DNA of 62,962 nucleotides, filler included, from Octopus bimaculoides (Eukaryota): NCBI RefSeq assembly GCF_001194135.2. It is 5 parts of 5 records of this genome, joined end to end, with 100 filler letters (N's around TTAATTAATTAA, not from the genome) between each part and the next. Parts side by side here need not be neighbours in the genome. Positions count along the whole stretch, not along the records: positions 56,845 to 62,962 come from NC_068994.1; 4 more parts are not named here. One strand, written 5' to 3'. Under the pieces are notes generated by a model, which saw nothing but the letters and a program-made list of their open reading frames with translations, did not search any database and was not told the origin of the DNA. The number at the start of each line of letters is the position of its first letter. Within the stretch, counting starts at the first letter, position 1. Shown piece by piece: positions 61,961-62,962 of this stretch. Made by a program: the position numbers and the translations under genes.

Positions 61961-62010
61961 AGGACCTCTGATGAGGCCACAGAAGTGTGACGAAAGAACT
62001 CTGGCCGAAA
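61961..62010 (+). ncRNA. Hammerhead ribozyme core (3' strand missing)
   Basis: CTGATGA (61968-61974), GGCCA..TGGCC stem II, GAAA (62007-62010); no partner for the 5' stem I strand downstream. Confidence 0.5.
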
Positions 62011-62809
62011 TACGATTAATGTAAAAAATAAAATAAAGCTGAAGCAAATTAACACCAAATATATAGTGCGTGTGTTTTTATTGGCTAAACTGGCAACATG
62101 GCCATCCCCAAATACAACAATATTGGAAGTAGAATATATTCCGAAAAATACTTCTTTTCTCCAGTCAATGGATAGCTAGTTTCAAATCAAAATATCTGAG
62201 AAGAACTTTCAAACAATATACGAAAACAATTGACAGGGAGGATAAACCTGCGTTAAGAAGTTTAATATAATGTATACTGTTGATAACATGGCTGAGTCTT
62301 GGAATGAAATGAACTCCTCAGATTTGTGGTAACAACGTTTCCCAGTTATGATTAATATTTGCACCCTAATGATTTTTGTGTCACCATCTATTATTCTGTA
62401 TAATTAGAAATAATACAGAATAATCAGCACAGAATAATCGCTTGGTTAGAGATGGCGGCATTAGTTCTTGTTCGAAATATATACTTTTCAGAGTGACACA
62501 CAGTTACTGATCTCAGAAATAGAAAAACTATTAGTTTTAAATCACTAAACGAGATGCATGCAACAACAGTACTATAGAGTAAAGCTTATTTGCCAATGTA
62601 AAGGGAAATAACTCAGAAACTATTGGTACACAGATATTGCTTTGCGCCAAGTGGGGACACGAGCCCCCTTTGAAAATATAAGGACGCAGTTAGTGCGTCG
62701 ATAGCCAATAGAAGATATTTTCCTGGGGCTAAATAGCAGTGACATTCGTCTTAACTAGGACTGCCACTTTACGTTGCCAAATAAGTATTATTCTCTGTCT
62801 GTTTGTCTC

Positions 62810-62819
62810 CATCTCTGTC

Positions 62820-62887
<68 letters not shown>

Positions 62888-62915
62888 TATTCCTTTCTAT
62901 CTTTCTTTCTTTATT

Positions 62916-62954
<39 letters not shown>

Positions 62955-62962
62955 CTCTCTCT
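62810..62962. repeat. (TTTC)n microsatellite
   Basis: Direct inspection. Confidence 0.95.

Overview
AT-rich, repeat-saturated animal genomic DNA with many N gaps. The SINE/MITE/LINE repertoire looks like an octopus genome (my recognition of the families; not verified). Four identical 100-bp spacers (44 N + TTAATTAATTAA + 44 N) split the window into five joined scaffold pieces (1-17928, 18029-36919, 37020-48784, 48885-56744, 56845-62962), so adjacency across them is not trustworthy. I find no intact host gene; almost all ORFs in the track are microsatellite, N-gap or antisense-repeat artefacts. Real coding remnants are all transposon-derived: R4/Dong-type RLE LINEs, an RTE LINE with an embedded PHD-like finger and a 5' inversion, a BovB-like RTE LINE, a Penelope GIY-YIG domain, a Helitron Rep fragment, and DD37D (maT), mariner and Tigger/pogo transposase remnants. 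There are also three tRNA-headed SINE families, RTE 3'-end fragments, several MITEs and a Helentron-type non-autonomous candidate. The most unusual structure is at 39845-40218: a head-to-head palindrome of two tRNA-like units in (TTA)n/(AAT)n, followed by a hammerhead-ribozyme core and a Penelope-like terminus, nested in a Dong LINE. A few weak candidate host exons lie on the minus strand near 33.9-34.5 kb.
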